A stretch of 63,414 nt of DNA, the filler included, from Bacteriovoracaceae bacterium (GTDB lineage Bacteria; Bdellovibrionota; Bacteriovoracia; Bacteriovoracales; Bacteriovoracaceae): NCBI GenBank assembly GCA_018649885.1. It is 7 parts of 7 records of this genome, joined end to end, with 100 filler letters (N's around TTAATTAATTAA, not from the genome) between each part and the next. Parts side by side here need not be neighbours in the genome. Positions count along the whole stretch, not along the records: positions 15,597 to 31,821 come from JABIHA010000046.1; 6 more parts are not named here. One strand, 5' to 3'. Shown in pieces: positions 18,707-28,407 of this stretch; positions within the stretch are counted from its first letter, which is position 1, and every line of letters starts with the position of its first letter. The notes under the pieces are model-generated. The model saw only the letters and a program-made list of their open reading frames with translations. It was not told where the DNA came from and did no database searches. The position numbers were made by a program, and so were the translations under genes.

Positions 18707-20691
18707 ATTATAGAGCTCATTTGAGACAGTGATTCATCTCCATATTTTTTTAGTACTGAATATATCGCTTTAGCAATTGATGATACGACAGGTCCACATT
18801 CTCTTAATTCAGTTATAGTCCAAAATAAGTCTTCACCTTCAATTCCTATCTCTTCACATTTAACAATTTCTCTGAAATTTTCTGTGCATACATATAATCC
18901 ACACCCTTGGAATATATTTGTAATAGAATGAATCAGGTCATCATTAATATTTTCTTTAGAAGTAAATAGCCAAGAGTAGTTTAATATATCAGATGCAGTG
19001 AAATTTTCTCTGGAATTATTTTTTATTAGTGTCCCTATTGTAACATTATTGTCATCATATATTTTATAATACTCTTGAGTATGCATATCCTTGCAAATGT
19101 TGTTTGTAGGAGTGAGGTTATTTGAGATCTCTTTATTTGTTGCAGTACTCTCTTTGAATTCAGTGCTCGAAATTTTTTCTAGATTAAATTTTTTGGAAAT
19201 TGGTTTAATTTCTTTTGAGGCCTTTATTCTTATCAAATTTACAATTTTTTGTTTCTTTGCAGCTGCATGGCCATCAAACACAACAACTAGTCTCGAGGTG
19301 AACCTAGATGCCCTCCTATAAGAGCCTGCATAATTTTTAATTTGGGGAATCAAATATGATAGGTCAAATCCAATGTTTATAAGCTTTAAAAAACTTTCTA
19401 TTGATTCTAGGTTTTTTAGCATACAAGCTGAGTGGCCATATATTGTATTCTCTGAAATCGGTAATGTTCCAACTGAAGCTACTAAATCATCTTCAACTCT
19501 TTTACCGAAACAGTTGCCTGGAATTGTTTTATCTTGCTGTTCCCAATTTAACTGTGTTGTTTCCTCCCACTCAAACTCATTAGTCGAGTCGCAGTAGCCA
19601 ACTTTTTTGTATAGTTCCAAAAATTCTTTGTAGTTTTGTCTCGTCCTTTGGACTAAGCCTGAGCTTAAATTATTAACAATAATTTCTCTGATTTTCTTAA
19701 ATATTTCAAGATTTTCATTGGCAAACATTAGTCCAATATTATTTTTACGTGTCTCTTTAATCTCAGCATTTATAAAAGTATTATTCGGTAGTTCCAAAAG
19801 TAACTTTTGATGATCGATTAATAATGGGGTCTGTTGTGGTGCTATTTCAATTAAGGCTCCTGAAATTGAGATAGATTTCATTGTTGCTTCTAACATTTCT
19901 TCATTTTCAAGGTGTGCTTTGACTTTAATGTTCGTATGGTGTCTAAGAAAAATTCGACCTGTCGTTGCTATTATGGTTTCTGGAATAAATATGTCCATTT
20001 CTCCAAAATCTTTATCGATTTCTTTTACTTTTGTTGAAAAGATATACGAAACAGATAAGTAGTTGAATTGGAGCTCAATTTCAGAACCAGTTTCAAGTTT
20101 CAATCTATCAATATCAAATATATCTATTGATAAAAAATCGATACTTGATGAATTGCTGCCAAAGTCTAGTGAACCCAACTGTTTATTAGAACCACCTTCT
20201 TTCAAAAGACTAATTTTTACAGGATAAAGGCAATCTTTTAAACCTGTAAACAAACAAGCAATTTCTTCATTATCAACTTCATTTTTTAAGTCAAATATTC
20301 TATAGGAGCTTGGATTTAGAAATAATCTAGGGTTAAATTTATATAATAGGTTTGTTATCTTATCTATTTTTGAATTTTTAATTGAATATATATTTCCATT
20401 ATCTTCTCTTATGAAATTAACTTCCCACTTTCCATTAAAATAAACTTCTTCGTCTTGAAGAATCTCAATGTCGAGGAGAGAGTCAGTGTCTGGACTAATA
20501 GGCGAGCTTGTTTTAATTATGAGCTCACCATGTTTAAGTTCGAGGATTTCAACTTCAGAGACGAACTCCTTATTTATGAAGAGCATTCCGAAATTATCAT
20601 CTTTTTGGTTTCTCGAGGTATTTCTACTTTCACCTCTCACCAATTTAAATGGACTATTAGCTTCCATATTTAACAACTCCAGATTCTTCAT
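18703..20691 (-). CDS. PilZ (YcgR-like) domain protein with a C-terminal putative GNAT-like domain
   Basis: RIFLR (RxxxR) and SISISG (D/NxSxxG variant). The GNAT call rests on the pattern YKEFLELYKKVGY...DDLVASVG and is weak. Confidence 0.6.
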   Translation of the reverse strand: MKNLELLNMEANSPFKLVRGESRNTSRNQKDDNFGMLFINKEFVSEVEILELKHGELIIKTSSPISPDTDSLLDIEILQDEEVYFNGKWEVNFIREDNGNIYSIKNSKIDKITNLLYKFNPRLFLNPSSYRIFDLKNEVDNEEIACLFTGLKDCLYPVKISLLKEGGSNKQLGSLDFGSNSSSIDFLSIDIFDIDRLKLETGSEIELQFNYLSVSYIFSTKVKEIDKDFGEMDIFIPETIIATTGRIFLRHHTNIKVKAHLENEEMLEATMKSISISGALIEIAPQQTPLLIDHQKLLLELPNNTFINAEIKETRKNNIGLMFANENLEIFKKIREIIVNNLSSGLVQRTRQNYKEFLELYKKVGYCDSTNEFEWEETTQLNWEQQDKTIPGNCFGKRVEDDLVASVGTLPISENTIYGHSACMLKNLESIESFLKLINIGFDLSYLIPQIKNYAGSYRRASRFTSRLVVVFDGHAAAKKQKIVNLIRIKASKEIKPISKKFNLEKISSTEFKESTATNKEISNNLTPTNNICKDMHTQEYYKIYDDNNVTIGTLIKNNSRENFTASDILNYSWLFTSKENINDDLIHSITNIFQGCGLYVCTENFREIVKCEEIGIEGEDLFWTITELRECGPVVSSIAKAIYSVLKKYGDESLSQMSSIM

Positions 20692-21574
20692 AAATTGAAC
20701 TTATGACTTCATTTAGATTAGTTTCATTGAGTGCTTTTATTGATTTATGCTTAAGTTGTTTTGGTCTCTTTAAAATATTTTGAATTGTTTCATCTTTTCC
20801 TGACTCTTGGTAAGAGTGTGAGATGAAGTGACTTAATGTAATTATAAAACCCGCTGAAGTGGACGGAGAATTATTTTGGCTTGCTTTCGAACTTGTAGCA
20901 GAGAGTACATTCAGTAGGTCATGATGGTTTGGAGAAATAAATTCATTGTATTTATTGACATCAATATTTGGGGAGTAAATTAAATTTGCAGCTATTATAT
21001 CAACTTTTTCTTTAGTGCTGAAATCATAATAGTTTAATAACTTATTGAGTATGGCTTGGGCATCTTTATTGTCTTGATTGTTGTCGCCTGCAATAGAATG
21101 TACCGTTTGGCCTACCGTCTTTGCATATTCAAATAATGTTTCGCTATTGTGAGACTGTGAATATTCTCTGGCAAACTTAAGTAGAAGAGTTTTAAAGTCT
21201 TCATAGTCATCAAATGGGCTAGCCGTAAGAAAATCAAAAACATGGCCAGCACTATTGGACTCTTTTCTTTTTAAAAAATCAGTAGAAGTTGTGATTGGTA
21301 TTAATTGAACATTCTCATTGGCATTGATCATTTCCATTTGGATGTAGACATAATCTTTGTCATCTACTTCATCTTCAAAAATCACCAGGTTGCATTGATA
21401 TTTTCTTGTTAGCTCACTTGCCTCTTTTACATCTTTGGCCGAATAGATCGACATTCTTTGTAATTGATTGTCTTGTTCTGATTTAGCCTCAAGGAAATCA
21501 ACCGTCTCAAAGTTTTTGCTTAGGATTACAACCTTGATGTCTTTTGTTTCACTTGATTGGATTTCTATTTTCAT
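20657..21574 (-). CDS. Pseudo-receiver-like protein with a helical C-terminal domain
   Basis: KVVILS...IYSAKDVKEASELTRKYQCNLVIFED matches a receiver fold without the canonical acidic pocket. Confidence 0.45.
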   Translation of the reverse strand: MKIEIQSSETKDIKVVILSKNFETVDFLEAKSEQDNQLQRMSIYSAKDVKEASELTRKYQCNLVIFEDEVDDKDYVYIQMEMINANENVQLIPITTSTDFLKRKESNSAGHVFDFLTASPFDDYEDFKTLLLKFAREYSQSHNSETLFEYAKTVGQTVHSIAGDNNQDNKDAQAILNKLLNYYDFSTKEKVDIIAANLIYSPNIDVNKYNEFISPNHHDLLNVLSATSSKASQNNSPSTSAGFIITLSHFISHSYQESGKDETIQNILKRPKQLKHKSIKALNETNLNEVISSIYEESGVVKYGS

Positions 21575-21690
21575 TAAAGCCTCATATGTAAAAAGTCTAC
21601 GTGATCTGTTTTTCGGAGGTTGTAACTATGGGAATTAATTAAAGTTAGATGTAGTTTTTTGAGTGGTAGTTTTTGACCATATAAGGACGG

Positions 21691-22035
21691 CTAGAGCTCA
21701 GAGAGATCCCGAATCTTAGAAGACATAGATTTCATAACAAGCCTGATCCATTTAGGCTGTTTTCCCAACATTGATTTGAAAAGAGAGTAGTCAAGTATAT
21801 AAACTTCGCAGTCCTCCACGGCCTTAACAGAGGCCGAGCGCTCTTTGCCATCAATGAATGAAAGCTCACCAAAAATTTCCCCCGGCTCAATAGTCCGAAT
21901 GGCGTACGTTCCCTTGGTAGCTGGCATGTCTTTATAGACTTTGAGCAGGCCACTTTTGAGCAGGTACATCGAAGTACTTTTGTCACCTTCAGTGATTAAG
22001 ATATGGCCTTTTTTAATTTTAACAATGTCTTCCAT
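21691..22035 (-). CDS. Stand-alone cyclic-nucleotide-binding (CAP_ED) domain protein
   Basis: Motifs LITEGDKSTSMYLLKSG and GEIFGELSFIDGKERSASVKA; no HTH. Confidence 0.92.
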   Translation of the reverse strand: MEDIVKIKKGHILITEGDKSTSMYLLKSGLLKVYKDMPATKGTYAIRTIEPGEIFGELSFIDGKERSASVKAVEDCEVYILDYSLFKSMLGKQPKWIRLVMKSMSSKIRDLSEL

Positions 22036-22119
22036 GATTTCTGTTCGGGTGATTGGGGGAAGAGCTTAACTAGAGTTGTTTAAATTTGCGAAAACAAATA
22101 TAATTTGTGGATGAAAGGA

Positions 22120-22467
22120 ATGTTAGACGAAATATTACACATCTCAAAAGATCAGGTTTTAATTCGAGAGGGTGAGGCTAGTAAGGATATGTACTGGTTG
22201 AAAAAGGGCAGTATGTCTGTTCGAAAAAGATCACCTACGGATGATGAGATATATCCCATTCGAGTGATTCACGAGGGAGAAATTTTTGGTGAGTTGGCCT
22301 TTGTGGATAATCAACCCCGCTGTGCTACTATCGTTGCTCTTGAAAGTTGTGAGGTTTTGCGACTTGATTATCATAAATTTAAAGAAATGCTAAGCGACGA
22401 ACCTAAGTGGATACGTGCTGTGATGGTGGCGATGGCGCATAAACTTCGAGAAACTTCTCAGATATAA
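22120..22467 (+). CDS. Stand-alone cyclic-nucleotide-binding domain protein (paralogue, divergently transcribed)
   Basis: Motifs LIREGEASKDMYWLKKG and GEIFGELAFVDNQPRCATIVA. Start uncertain (22105-22120). Confidence 0.92.
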   Translation: MLDEILHISKDQVLIREGEASKDMYWLKKGSMSVRKRSPTDDEIYPIRVIHEGEIFGELAFVDNQPRCATIVALESCEVLRLDYHKFKEMLSDEPKWIRAVMVAMAHKLRETSQI

Positions 22468-22593
22468 TTTCTTTCGCAGATTCCTTTTTTGTGTCCTTTC
22501 ATCACATTGTAAATTGATAGAAACATGATTTATTTCATGTTACTATTTCTGAGTATATAAATAGTCTTTTATTTCCAAGCGTAGGAGCTTCTA

Positions 22594-23076
22594 ATGCATG
22601 ATAGCGTAGTGCTGATGAAAGTAGACGACCTTTTTAATTGGGGTCGCAAAAACTCTCTTTGGCCAATGACCTTTGGGCTTGCATGTTGTGCTATCGAAAT
22701 GATGGCCACGGGTGCCTCTAAATATGATTTAGAGAGATTTGGTTGTGGAGCTTTTATGGCCACACCAAGAAGAGCAGACTTAATGATTGTTGCGGGAACT
22801 GTAACGATGAAAATGGCCGAGAGATTAAAAACTCTTTACGAACAAATGGCCGAACCAAAATATGTTATCTCAATGGGCTCTTGTGCAAATAAGGGTGGGC
22901 CATACTGGCAACACGGATATCACGTCGTAAAAGGCGTTGATGAAATAGTTCCCGTTGATGTGTATGTTCCCGGCTGTCCTCCAAGACCTGAGGCCTTGAT
23001 TGAGGGAATTATGACTCTTCAAAAGAAAATTGCTAACGAGAGATTACTCCGCGACAAGTGGGTGAAGCATGCATAG
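22594..23076 (+). CDS. nuoB: NADH-quinone oxidoreductase subunit B
   Basis: Motifs [24 protein letters not shown] and [13 protein letters not shown]. Confidence 0.98.
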   Translation: MHDSVVLMKVDDLFNWGRKNSLWPMTFGLACCAIEMMATGASKYDLERFGCGAFMATPRRADLMIVAGTVTMKMAERLKTLYEQMAEPKYVISMGSCANKGGPYWQHGYHVVKGVDEIVPVDVYVPGCPPRPEALIEGIMTLQKKIANERLLRDKWVKHA

Positions 23077-23629
23077 TGAATTGGCAAATTTTATAAATTC
23101 TAAAGTAAGTGGTGCTGGTGCGGTATTTGAAGAAAGAGAAGTTGGCGATCACGTGATTTTTGTTGATCCGGCCCACATCTTTGATGTATCGAAAACTCTT
23201 AGAGATGAGAAAGACTTTAAAGTTTTGCAGGTGATTACAGGAACTGACTATCTCGATGATAAAACTATTGAAGTTAGTTATATTCTCGCCACCTTTGATC
23301 CACAAAATAGTGAAGATGATTTGATATTGAAAGTGAAACTGGATAGAGAGAATCCTGAATTGGACTCTGTGGTTGATGTTTGGAAGTCAGCTGATTATCA
23401 AGAGAGAGAGTGCTATGACATGTTGGGTGTGAATTTTAGAAATCACCCCAATCTCATAAGAATTCTTTGTTGCTATGATTGGGAGGGCTTTCCTCTGAGA
23501 AAAGATTATGAGGCAGCTAAGGAATATAAAGGAATGACAATTTACCCTGAGTCTAAGAACAATTCGGCCGATCAAGAGTTCAAAAAACTTTCTAAGGCCG
23601 ATCCAGGGATAGAAAGACCTAGGTGGTAG
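23069..23629 (+). CDS. nuoC: NADH-quinone oxidoreductase subunit C
   Basis: Motifs [22 protein letters not shown] and [10 protein letters not shown]. Confidence 0.96.
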   Translation: MHSELANFINSKVSGAGAVFEEREVGDHVIFVDPAHIFDVSKTLRDEKDFKVLQVITGTDYLDDKTIEVSYILATFDPQNSEDDLILKVKLDRENPELDSVVDVWKSADYQERECYDMLGVNFRNHPNLIRILCCYDWEGFPLRKDYEAAKEYKGMTIYPESKNNSADQEFKKLSKADPGIERPRW

Positions 23630-23652
23630 AGTAATTTTTAAGGATAAGAGAT

Positions 23653-24810
23653 ATGTCTAATACAAAAACTATAGAAATTGGTGGGACTCCTTCAGAAAAA
23701 CTAAAAACTGATCTACTCACCATTAATATGGGGCCTCAGCATCCGGCGACTCACGGGGTGCTAAGAATTGAAATTAAAACAGATTCTGAAATAGTTAGTG
23801 AGGCCATTCCTCATCTTGGATATCTTCACAGATGTATGGAAAAGCATTGCGAGAAAGTTGATTACCGTGGTGTGATTCCATTTACTGACCGTCTCGATTA
23901 TCTCGCCTCCATGAGTATGGAGTGGGGATATTCAATGGCAGTTGAGAAAATGCTAAATATTGAAGTTCCTAAAAGGGCCGAATATATAAGATGCATTATT
24001 GCTGAACTCCAAAGAATCGCCTCTCACCTTATTGCCTTTGGAACCTATGCTATTGACCTTGGAGCTTTTTCTCCATTTTTATATGCTTTTGAGATGAGAG
24101 AGAAGGTTTTAAGATTTTTTGAAGAACTCTCTGGTGCAAGACTTCTGTACAATTATATTTGGATTGGTGGAGTCTGGAATGACATTGACGACAAGCAGTT
24201 GAAGCGAATCGGAAAATTTTGTGACGAAATGGAAGAAGAGGTAAAAAAATATAATGAGCTTGTTTCCTTTAATAAAATCTTCGTTGAAAGAACTGCTAAT
24301 GTAGGAGTTCTCTCTATTGAAGATGCTTATCAGTATGGAGCGTCCGGTCCTGTTCTTAGAGGCTCAGGTGTTAAATGGGATCTTAGAGCAAACCGTCCTT
24401 ACTCACTTTACTCAGAGCTTGATTTTGACGTTCACGTAGGTGAGGGTGAAAGAGGTGTTGTTGGGGATTGTTGGAACCGGTACTTTGTGAGAATGAAAGA
24501 AGTTGTTGAGAGTGTAAAAATTATCAGACAACTTCTTGATGGAATCGAAGATGGCCCAGTGATGGGAAAGGTTCCTAAGGTTATCAAACCACCAAAAGGT
24601 GAAATTTACATTAGAACAGAGTGCCCTAGAGGGGAGCTTGGCTACCATCTTATTTCTGATGGCAAGAAAACGCCTTACCGTCTTAAAGTTAAGTCACCTT
24701 GTTTTACTCACACTTCAATGCTTCCTCTTCTGGGGGAAGGGCAACTTATAGCCGATTTTGTGGCAACTATTGGTAGTATCGATATCGTCCTAGGGGAGGT
24801 TGACCGGTAA
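23653..24810 (+). CDS. nuoD: NADH-quinone oxidoreductase subunit D
   Basis: Motifs NMGPQHPATHGVLR, GYLHRCMEK, DRLDY and SIDIVLGEVDR. Confidence 0.98.
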   Translation: MSNTKTIEIGGTPSEKLKTDLLTINMGPQHPATHGVLRIEIKTDSEIVSEAIPHLGYLHRCMEKHCEKVDYRGVIPFTDRLDYLASMSMEWGYSMAVEKMLNIEVPKRAEYIRCIIAELQRIASHLIAFGTYAIDLGAFSPFLYAFEMREKVLRFFEELSGARLLYNYIWIGGVWNDIDDKQLKRIGKFCDEMEEEVKKYNELVSFNKIFVERTANVGVLSIEDAYQYGASGPVLRGSGVKWDLRANRPYSLYSELDFDVHVGEGERGVVGDCWNRYFVRMKEVVESVKIIRQLLDGIEDGPVMGKVPKVIKPPKGEIYIRTECPRGELGYHLISDGKKTPYRLKVKSPCFTHTSMLPLLGEGQLIADFVATIGSIDIVLGEVDR

Positions 24811-25325
24811 TGGCAACAACAATATCTGAATCAAATAAGTTAACTTTTACGGGTTATTTTAGAAATATCTACGAGGCTTTTTATACTTGCGGTAAAGGGA
24901 TGTGGATTACATTCAAATATGTTTGGGCGCATAAGCCAGTGACAATTGAATATCCTGAAGTCAAAGAGGTATTGCCTGAGAAGGCCAGAATGAGGCTTTT
25001 TAACGACGCCGAAAACTGCATCTCTTGCACACAGTGTGCTCTTTCTTGTCCTGTTGATTGCATCTATATTGCATCAAAGCCAAGGCCAAAGGGTGAAGAG
25101 GTTCCCAAAACAACAAACGGCTCACCCATTAGACAAATTCTCACTCAATACACAATTGATACGGCCCTTTGCTGCTACTGCGGTCTGTGTACAACTGTTT
25201 GTCCTACAGAGTGCTTAACTCACTCTCACGACTATGAGTATTCTCAGTACTCACTGTCCGGCATGAAGGTTGATTATCTCAATGATGATGTCAGGGCATG
25301 GAGAGAGAGAATCGTTAAAGAATAA
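24810..25325 (+). CDS. nuoI: NADH-quinone oxidoreductase subunit I
   Basis: VTIEYPE and two CxxCxxCxxxCP 4Fe-4S motifs. Confidence 0.93.
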   Translation: MATTISESNKLTFTGYFRNIYEAFYTCGKGMWITFKYVWAHKPVTIEYPEVKEVLPEKARMRLFNDAENCISCTQCALSCPVDCIYIASKPRPKGEEVPKTTNGSPIRQILTQYTIDTALCCYCGLCTTVCPTECLTHSHDYEYSQYSLSGMKVDYLNDDVRAWRERIVKE

Positions 25326-25339
25326 TATTTTTTGATACC

Positions 25340-25390
25340 CTCTAACTCTTAGTTTTTTTCTTTAAAATTAAAGAGTTAGAGTTTCTTTTT
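25340..25390 (+). terminator. Probable terminator after nuoI
   Basis: CTCTAACTCTT...AAGAGTTAGAG inverted repeat followed by TTTCTTTTT. Confidence 0.5.
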
Positions 25391-25615
25391 AACTTCACGG
25401 TTAAGTCCACTAGTACACTTTAACTAAATTGACCTGGAAAATTCTTGGGTGTTGCGTTACTGTTGTCTCAGATCAAAAGAGTAGTTTTACCCTATGCCCG
25501 TTTGGTGCCTGACCACACCAGAAATATCATATCATCTCCTAGATTTTATGATCTTACCCGTTTACCGTTTTTAATTAATCCAAGTTCTTTTTATAGTAGA
25601 AGGACTTGGATTTTT

Positions 25616-26920
25616 TTACTTTTCTTTTTTGAGTACAATGACTTTTAGGTAATCACCTTCGGGAAAGATTTTAAGAGCAGGACAGTCCCCGCCGAGTCCA
25701 AGAGTTTTTTCTAGAACAAGACCTTTGCAGACTTTATTTTCACTGATTATTTTTTTGATATGTTCTTCAAATTTTTTCTTCTTTATTGAGTGTGTATTTA
25801 AAATAACTACCATTTTCCCATCTGGGGAGAGAGTCTTTGCCATCTTAGGTAGCAGTGAAGTGTACTTTTGGAGGGCACTAGTCATTTTCTTTTTATCTGA
25901 TGAAACTGTTGGTGGATCACAAACAATAAGATCAAATTCTTTTTTATCATTACAAAATTTATCTAGTGACTTGGTTACATCTTGCTCAACAGATAAATGC
26001 TTTGATGGATCGAGCTCTTTGTTGAGCTTTAAATTGCGATCTAACTTCTTTAAGTATTCAGGGGACAAATCAACTGATACCACTTCTCTAGCGCCACATC
26101 TTAGTGCAAATAGGCTGAATGCTCCAGTGTAGGCATAGAGATTTAATACAGACCTAGATTTTTCAAATAGGCCTTGAAGTCTTTGTCTGATGGAGCTCAT
26201 ATCAGTGTAGATTCCCAGGTCATAGAGGTCATCAAAAAATACTTCGTACGCTACATCAAATTCTTCAATCACTATCTTTTTTACTGGTCTAAAGGATTTT
26301 GGAGAGATGAATTTTCGGTGAACCGACTTGGAGCTTTCTCTTTTCTCTCTGATAATCGCTTTTAATTTAATTTGCGGATAGAACTTTTCAAATGCTTTTC
26401 TGCTAAAGCTAACTAGCTTTTCTCGGTATTTTTCCCAGAAAAAAGATTCATACTGGAAGACCATGATATCTTTGAGCAGTAGAATTTTAAGACCGGGTAA
26501 AAAGTCAGCTTCTCCAAATGCTAAGAAAACATTTTGTCTGTTATCTAGATATTTCTCAACAGCTCTCTTTTCAAAAGCTGCATAAATTCTGTCTCTAAGT
26601 GTACCGTTGAATAACCCAACTTGGTCAGTAAAGGGCTTTCTAAAAGTCCACACACGCGCCTTAATTTTTGGGTGAGTGGGATCATGAATGAGTAAGGCCA
26701 GCTCTTCTTCTTTCTTATCTGTCCCAATTATAAAGGGAGAAATTTTTGAAAACTTTGCGGTATAAGAATCCCTGATAATCCAGGGATGGCCTCTTCTAAC
26801 TTCTTTTATAGATTGAGGATGAAGGAGTGCTTTGTCAGCTCTGATTTTCGGCGCTTTCTTTGGCTTACTATCACTAGCTGTCTGTGTTTTCCTTGATTTT
26901 GAATTCTTCTGCAATTTCAT
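25616..26920 (-). CDS. RlmI/RlmK-like class I SAM rRNA methyltransferase
   Basis: PUA-like RGHPWI, plus GEADFLPGL, VLNLYAYTGAFS, DLIVCDPP and FPEGDYLK. Confidence 0.88.
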   Translation of the reverse strand: MKLQKNSKSRKTQTASDSKPKKAPKIRADKALLHPQSIKEVRRGHPWIIRDSYTAKFSKISPFIIGTDKKEEELALLIHDPTHPKIKARVWTFRKPFTDQVGLFNGTLRDRIYAAFEKRAVEKYLDNRQNVFLAFGEADFLPGLKILLLKDIMVFQYESFFWEKYREKLVSFSRKAFEKFYPQIKLKAIIREKRESSKSVHRKFISPKSFRPVKKIVIEEFDVAYEVFFDDLYDLGIYTDMSSIRQRLQGLFEKSRSVLNLYAYTGAFSLFALRCGAREVVSVDLSPEYLKKLDRNLKLNKELDPSKHLSVEQDVTKSLDKFCNDKKEFDLIVCDPPTVSSDKKKMTSALQKYTSLLPKMAKTLSPDGKMVVILNTHSIKKKKFEEHIKKIISENKVCKGLVLEKTLGLGGDCPALKIFPEGDYLKVIVLKKEK

Positions 26921-27170
26921 CTAATAGAACCAATATTTTATTTGTAAGTTGGAAGGGGTCACCAATAAATGTTTCGAGGTGATATTTTTTGAGAAGCTTT
27001 AAGACTTTCTTGTCAGGATTTCCTGAGTAAGGGTCGTAGGCATCACAAAGATATTCAAGCTCAGATTGGGCCAACTTTAATTTTTTTGCATTTTTCCAAG
27101 GGGCTTTGATTTCACTCACAAGATCCTTGAATTCATTTAAATTTTGAGACTCCATACAACTTATTTCCAT
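26874..27170 (-). CDS. Hypothetical protein
   Basis: 98-aa ORF overlapping the methyltransferase start on the same strand. Confidence 0.55.
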   Translation of the reverse strand: MEISCMESQNLNEFKDLVSEIKAPWKNAKKLKLAQSELEYLCDAYDPYSGNPDKKVLKLLKKYHLETFIGDPFQLTNKILVLLDEIAEEFKIKENTDS

Positions 27171-27242
27171 AAATAAAATGGTCTGTCAATGCAATGAGTT
27201 AACACACCTTTATTCTGATGCAATTTTGAAGTAAATGACTCT

Positions 27243-28148
27243 ATGCTTTTGATGATATTGCCAATAGGAGCGTGTCAAATACACATTACTTTCATGTATT
27301 TTTTGAAGATCACTATTTTGAGTCTGATTTCCTACTTCTTAATTGAGCTGTGTTTCAAATTATCCAAGGGGAAAAAGCTATTCAAACCAAGACCACAAGC
27401 GTTAGCGAAAGCTCTTTTAGATTTTCTTGAAGGCCCTGAGTTTGAGACTCACAACTTAAAAAATATCTCCCTGCCTGTGGATTACAAATTCTACAGCTCA
27501 CTCATTTATCGCCTGCTTGAATCTGCCCATAAGTGTGGAACTCCACTGCTTTCCCCTCTCAAAGTATTGAGAAAGGCCCTCTATGAGGACTACAAGTTTG
27601 AGGTGAAAAATGCAGAGATTCTCAGTGGGGCCTGGGCCCAAATGGCGATAATTGCTTTTATTGGGTGGGGATTTTTGTTCATGGCCGCCAAGCTGACGGG
27701 GATTACTCCCACGGGCACCGTTGTCTTGTTGATACTTTGTCTTCAATTTTGTGGTGTTATGGTCTTCGGTACTTTATCGGCAAAAATTAAAAAGGCACTA
27801 TTCAGTGATTATGAGCAGCTCTACCAATTGGTTTACTCACACAAGATGTGCGCGTTTACCTTTCAACTTCCCTCTGAGCAAGGAGAGGGCCTAAAGCTAA
27901 CAAGAAGCAGGCTTTTAAATGTTAAAAAAAGAATACACCGACTGGAGCAGGCCATAAAATCTGGTGGCCATGGGATTTCGGCGATAATTGATGAGATTGT
28001 CGACGAGCTTCACTTTCTTCACGGTGCAGATAATGAAGTTTTTCTAAAGAGACTAATGGCGTTAAAGATGGCAATTGTACTGTTTTTTTTCGTCCCCTCG
28101 TTTTTTATTAATCTGTACTCACTTATTTCCCAAACCGCTGGTTTTTAG
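27243..28148 (+). CDS. Membrane protein, TadB/T2SS-F-like
   Basis: LLESAHKCGTPLLSPLKVLRKAL resembles the T2SSF helix and is flanked by TM segments. Start may be 27294. Confidence 0.45.
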   Translation: MLLMILPIGACQIHITFMYFLKITILSLISYFLIELCFKLSKGKKLFKPRPQALAKALLDFLEGPEFETHNLKNISLPVDYKFYSSLIYRLLESAHKCGTPLLSPLKVLRKALYEDYKFEVKNAEILSGAWAQMAIIAFIGWGFLFMAAKLTGITPTGTVVLLILCLQFCGVMVFGTLSAKIKKALFSDYEQLYQLVYSHKMCAFTFQLPSEQGEGLKLTRSRLLNVKKRIHRLEQAIKSGGHGISAIIDEIVDELHFLHGADNEVFLKRLMALKMAIVLFFFVPSFFINLYSLISQTAGF

Positions 28149-28150
28149 CA

Positions 28151-28325
28151 CCTAGTACTCCGTCCATTAAATTTACCCTAATCAAACTTGATCTTTTTCA
28201 ATCTGAGATGCTTCACTCAATCGGCATACTTCAGTATGCCTCACTCGTTCAGCACCTCAGATTAAAAAATCTCTGCGTTTGCTTATGCTGCGCATACGGT
28301 TAAACTTAATGGACGGAGCACTAGG
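28151..28325. repeat. 175-bp palindromic MITE/REP-like element
   Basis: Terminal IRs CCTAGTACTCCGTCCATTAA / TTAATGGACGGAGCACTAGG. Nested IRs AATCTGAG..CTCAGATT and GGCATACT-TC-AGTATGCC. CTAG at both ends. Confidence 0.75.
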
Positions 28326-28407
28326 CTGACGCTTCAAGCAATGGACAAGAGGGGAATATTAGCTAGAATGCATCCATTCAATCAATACAGTTTATTTGGA
28401 GTCATTA

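Noticed and set aside
12625..22467. Pycsar/CBASS defence system
   Set aside because: The cyclases carry GAF or membrane sensor domains, and the cNMP-binders have no TIR, TM or nuclease effector. This fits signalling better than defence.
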